Position numbers and translations under genes: made by a program. DNA of 36,172 bases from a virus (lineage: Duplodnaviria; Caudoviricetes), in IMG/VR virus record IMGVR_UViG_3300020598_000001, positions 1-36,172 of that record; one strand, 5' to 3'. Every line of letters starts with the position of its first letter. Position 1 is the first letter of the stretch. The notes beneath the pieces are model-generated. The model did no database searches. It saw nothing but the letters and a program-made list of their open reading frames with translations, and had not been told where the DNA came from. Below are positions 34,363 to 36,172 of the stretch, in pieces.

Positions 34363-34467
34363 GGCGTCGTGCCTCCGTGGTGCTGTGGTATCGCGGCGCC
34401 ACGGTGCCACGCGGGGGCGGGGTGGGGCAAGCCCTGGCGCCACGGCGCCAGGGCGTCATGGTGCTAG
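34355..34467. repeat. Putative centromere/par operator: 7+4 units of the 8-bp repeat around a 25-bp spacer
   Basis: Units at 34355-34410 and 34436-34467, directly upstream of the RHH-parA operon; the spacer contains a minus-strand TTGCCC. Confidence 0.75.
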
Positions 34468-36172
34468 AGGCGCAGCTTGGTGGCCTGCACGTAGAGGGTG
34501 CCGGCGGCAAAGCTCACGTCTGCGCTGTGGTGGTTCTCCATGCGCACCGCCACGGCGTCGGGGGCGGACACGCTGGCGGTGGTGGTGATGGTGCCGCTGT
34601 TGCCGTTGTAGCCGGTGGTTTGCGTGAAGCTGGCTTGCACCAGGTCGCCATGCCGCACGCCGGGCAGGCTGACGGTGAAGCCCACGGCGCCGGAAACCGG
34701 GACGGTGAAGGCCGCCAGGTCCAGGGTGGCGATGCGCTCGCGCTGGCCCCAGCGCCGGCCGCCGCCGAACAGCAGCGGCGGCGAATAGACCGGCGCGCAG
34801 TAAAGGCGCAGGGCGCGCAGCACGGCACCGTCCGCCCCGCCGCGCACGCCGATGGCGGCAAAGGCGGCGTTGTCGTGCAGCCGGATGCGCTGGTGCTGGT
34901 TCACGCCGGCCACGGTTTCGACCGGGGCACCGGCGAAGTTGATAACCAGCGGCTCGTCCAGGTCCACGTTCATTTCCCACCAGGCGGAGGTTCCCAGCCC
35001 TTCCACCACATGCTGTTCCGCGTCGCGGCCGGGGGACCACAGCACGTTGGCGCCGCTCAGGGTGATGGGCGATTCCTGGCCCAGCAGGTTTTCCGCCGCG
35101 TCGTACTGCTGCACCACCAGGCGCAGCATGTCGCCGGCGGCGGCTAGGACCACCTCCTTGCATTCGCGCACGTCCACCACGAAGCACACAGCGCGGGCGC
35201 TGTTGAGCTGCACCGCGTCGCTGGTCAGGGTCAGCAGGGTGAGGGCGGGAAACAGCCGGGTGTTGAGGGTGGTGGGGTTGCCGCTCGGGTTGCCCGACAA
35301 GACGGCCAGCCCTTCAAAGCCAATGGCGCCGGTGTAGCCCTGGCCGCTGGCGCTCACGCTGTTGTCGCGGAAGGCGCGGGCGCGCAGGTTGCTGGCGTCG
35401 GCAAAAAGACGAGTGGCGCCGATGGCCCCTTGCGCCAGGTGCCGGGGGTAAACCGTCACGCCGTTGCGCTTCACGCCGGCGGCATAAAGCACCTGGTTGC
35501 CCTTCCAGCCGTAGGTTCCGGTGTAGCTGACGGAGAAGGAGCAATCCGACGCCTGGCCCGTCACCTTGGCCACGTAGGGGCTGCACCCTTCCATGCGCAG
35601 GTCCGTGCCGTGGATGCCGCGCGCGTCGCCCACTTCGATGAGGAAGGGGATGGCTTCCACGGTGCCGGGCGTGCCCTGGCGTTGCAGCTCAAAGCCGGTG
35701 CCATAGAAGGCATGGGCGTTGTGCCGGTCATAGGCGCCGGGGGCGGCCGAGAACCGCACGCCGTAGCGGCTCAGGGTCGGCCAGGTCGCGGAGCTGTTGG
35801 CGAAGTGGCCGCCGATGTAGCGCAGGCTGTTGGCCCAGCTTCCGGCCTCGTTGCAGCGCACGTCGAGGCCATAGCGGTTATCGACCAGGCGCCCCAGCAC
35901 CAGCGTGGTGTCCTCGATGCCCACGCCGTCGCTGCGGGCCTGCACGCCGATGGTGAAGCCTTCCACGCGGACGATTTCCACCTGGCAGCCGTCGAGGTTG
36001 CGCAGCACCACGCCAATGCTGCCCTCGTCCAGCCAGTTGCTCAGGCTGGTGCGGATCACGCGCAAGCCGCTGTAGGTCTTGGCCTGGCAGCGGATGCCGC
36101 CGCCCTCGCCAATGACCAGGCCGGCGGTGCCCTCGGGGCCGGCATAGTGCAGGGTTCCCGACTGCCGCACGC
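34464..36172 (-). CDS. Tailspike/tail fibre, 3' part (beta-helix depolymerase-like)
   Basis: Continuation of the ORF starting at 878; Gly/Asn/Val-rich beta-helix-like sequence; stop at 34464. Confidence 0.82.
   Translation of the reverse strand, partial: VRQSGTLHYAGPEGTAGLVIGEGGGIRCQAKTYSGLRVIRTSLSNWLDEGSIGVVLRNLDGCQVEIVRVEGFTIGVQARSDGVGIEDTTLVLGRLVDNRYGLDVRCNEAGSWANSLRYIGGHFANSSATWPTLSRYGVRFSAAPGAYDRHNAHAFYGTGFELQRQGTPGTVEAIPFLIEVGDARGIHGTDLRMEGCSPYVAKVTGQASDCSFSVSYTGTYGWKGNQVLYAAGVKRNGVTVYPRHLAQGAIGATRLFADASNLRARAFRDNSVSASGQGYTGAIGFEGLAVLSGNPSGNPTTLNTRLFPALTLLTLTSDAVQLNSARAVCFVVDVRECKEVVLAAAGDMLRLVVQQYDAAENLLGQESPITLSGANVLWSPGRDAEQHVVEGLGTSAWWEMNVDLDEPLVINFAGAPVETVAGVNQHQRIRLHDNAAFAAIGVRGGADGAVLRALRLYCAPVYSPPLLFGGGRRWGQRERIATLDLAAFTVPVSGAVGFTVSLPGVRHGDLVQASFTQTTGYNGNSGTITTTASVSAPDAVAVRMENHHSADVSFAAGTLYVQATKLRL
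36046..36172. repeat. Terminal direct repeat, copy 2
   Basis: Identical to 1-127. Confidence 0.97.

Larger units (their letters stand above)
1..36172. mobile_element. Complete circular temperate podophage / phage-plasmid genome
   Basis: Full virion, packaging, lysis and immunity gene sets plus rep, par and integrase; circular overlap; no host genes. Confidence 0.88.

Noticed and set aside
34464-36172. Diversity-generating retroelement as in BPP-1
   Set aside because: No reverse transcriptase ORF and no TR/VR repeat pair seen.

Overview
The window is a complete, very GC-rich circular contig of 36,045 bp: bases 1-127 are identical to 36046-36172. It encodes a temperate podovirus-type phage that also looks like a plasmid (a phage-plasmid), probably of an Alphaproteobacterium such as Acetobacteraceae/Roseomonas (inferred from GC content and gene style only). 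Most genes are on the minus strand, in this transcription order: cro-like gene, primase, helicase-like P-loop protein, an iteron-rich putative origin, small and large terminase, T7/BPP-1-type portal, scaffold, major capsid protein, decoration/fibre genes, lysis cassette, tail adaptor and nozzle, internal virion proteins (one with an SLT domain, one with a DdrB-like ParB domain), a tailspike that crosses the contig junction, and an RHH + ParA partition operon. The plus strand carries a CI-like repressor, a tyrosine recombinase and a winged-HTH plasmid Rep-like gene. Highlights: (i) anti-defence genes inside the virion operon, namely an Acb2 sponge and a stand-alone RyR-domain protein; (ii) six dispersed arrays of an 8-bp repeat (GGYGYCRY) that look like a multi-site centromere/regulon for the RHH protein; (iii) a family of 17-bp operators (TGTGC-N7-GCACA) found at the cI/cro switch and also upstream of the capsid, integrase and rep genes. 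All protein calls come from motif recognition by eye; no database searches were run.
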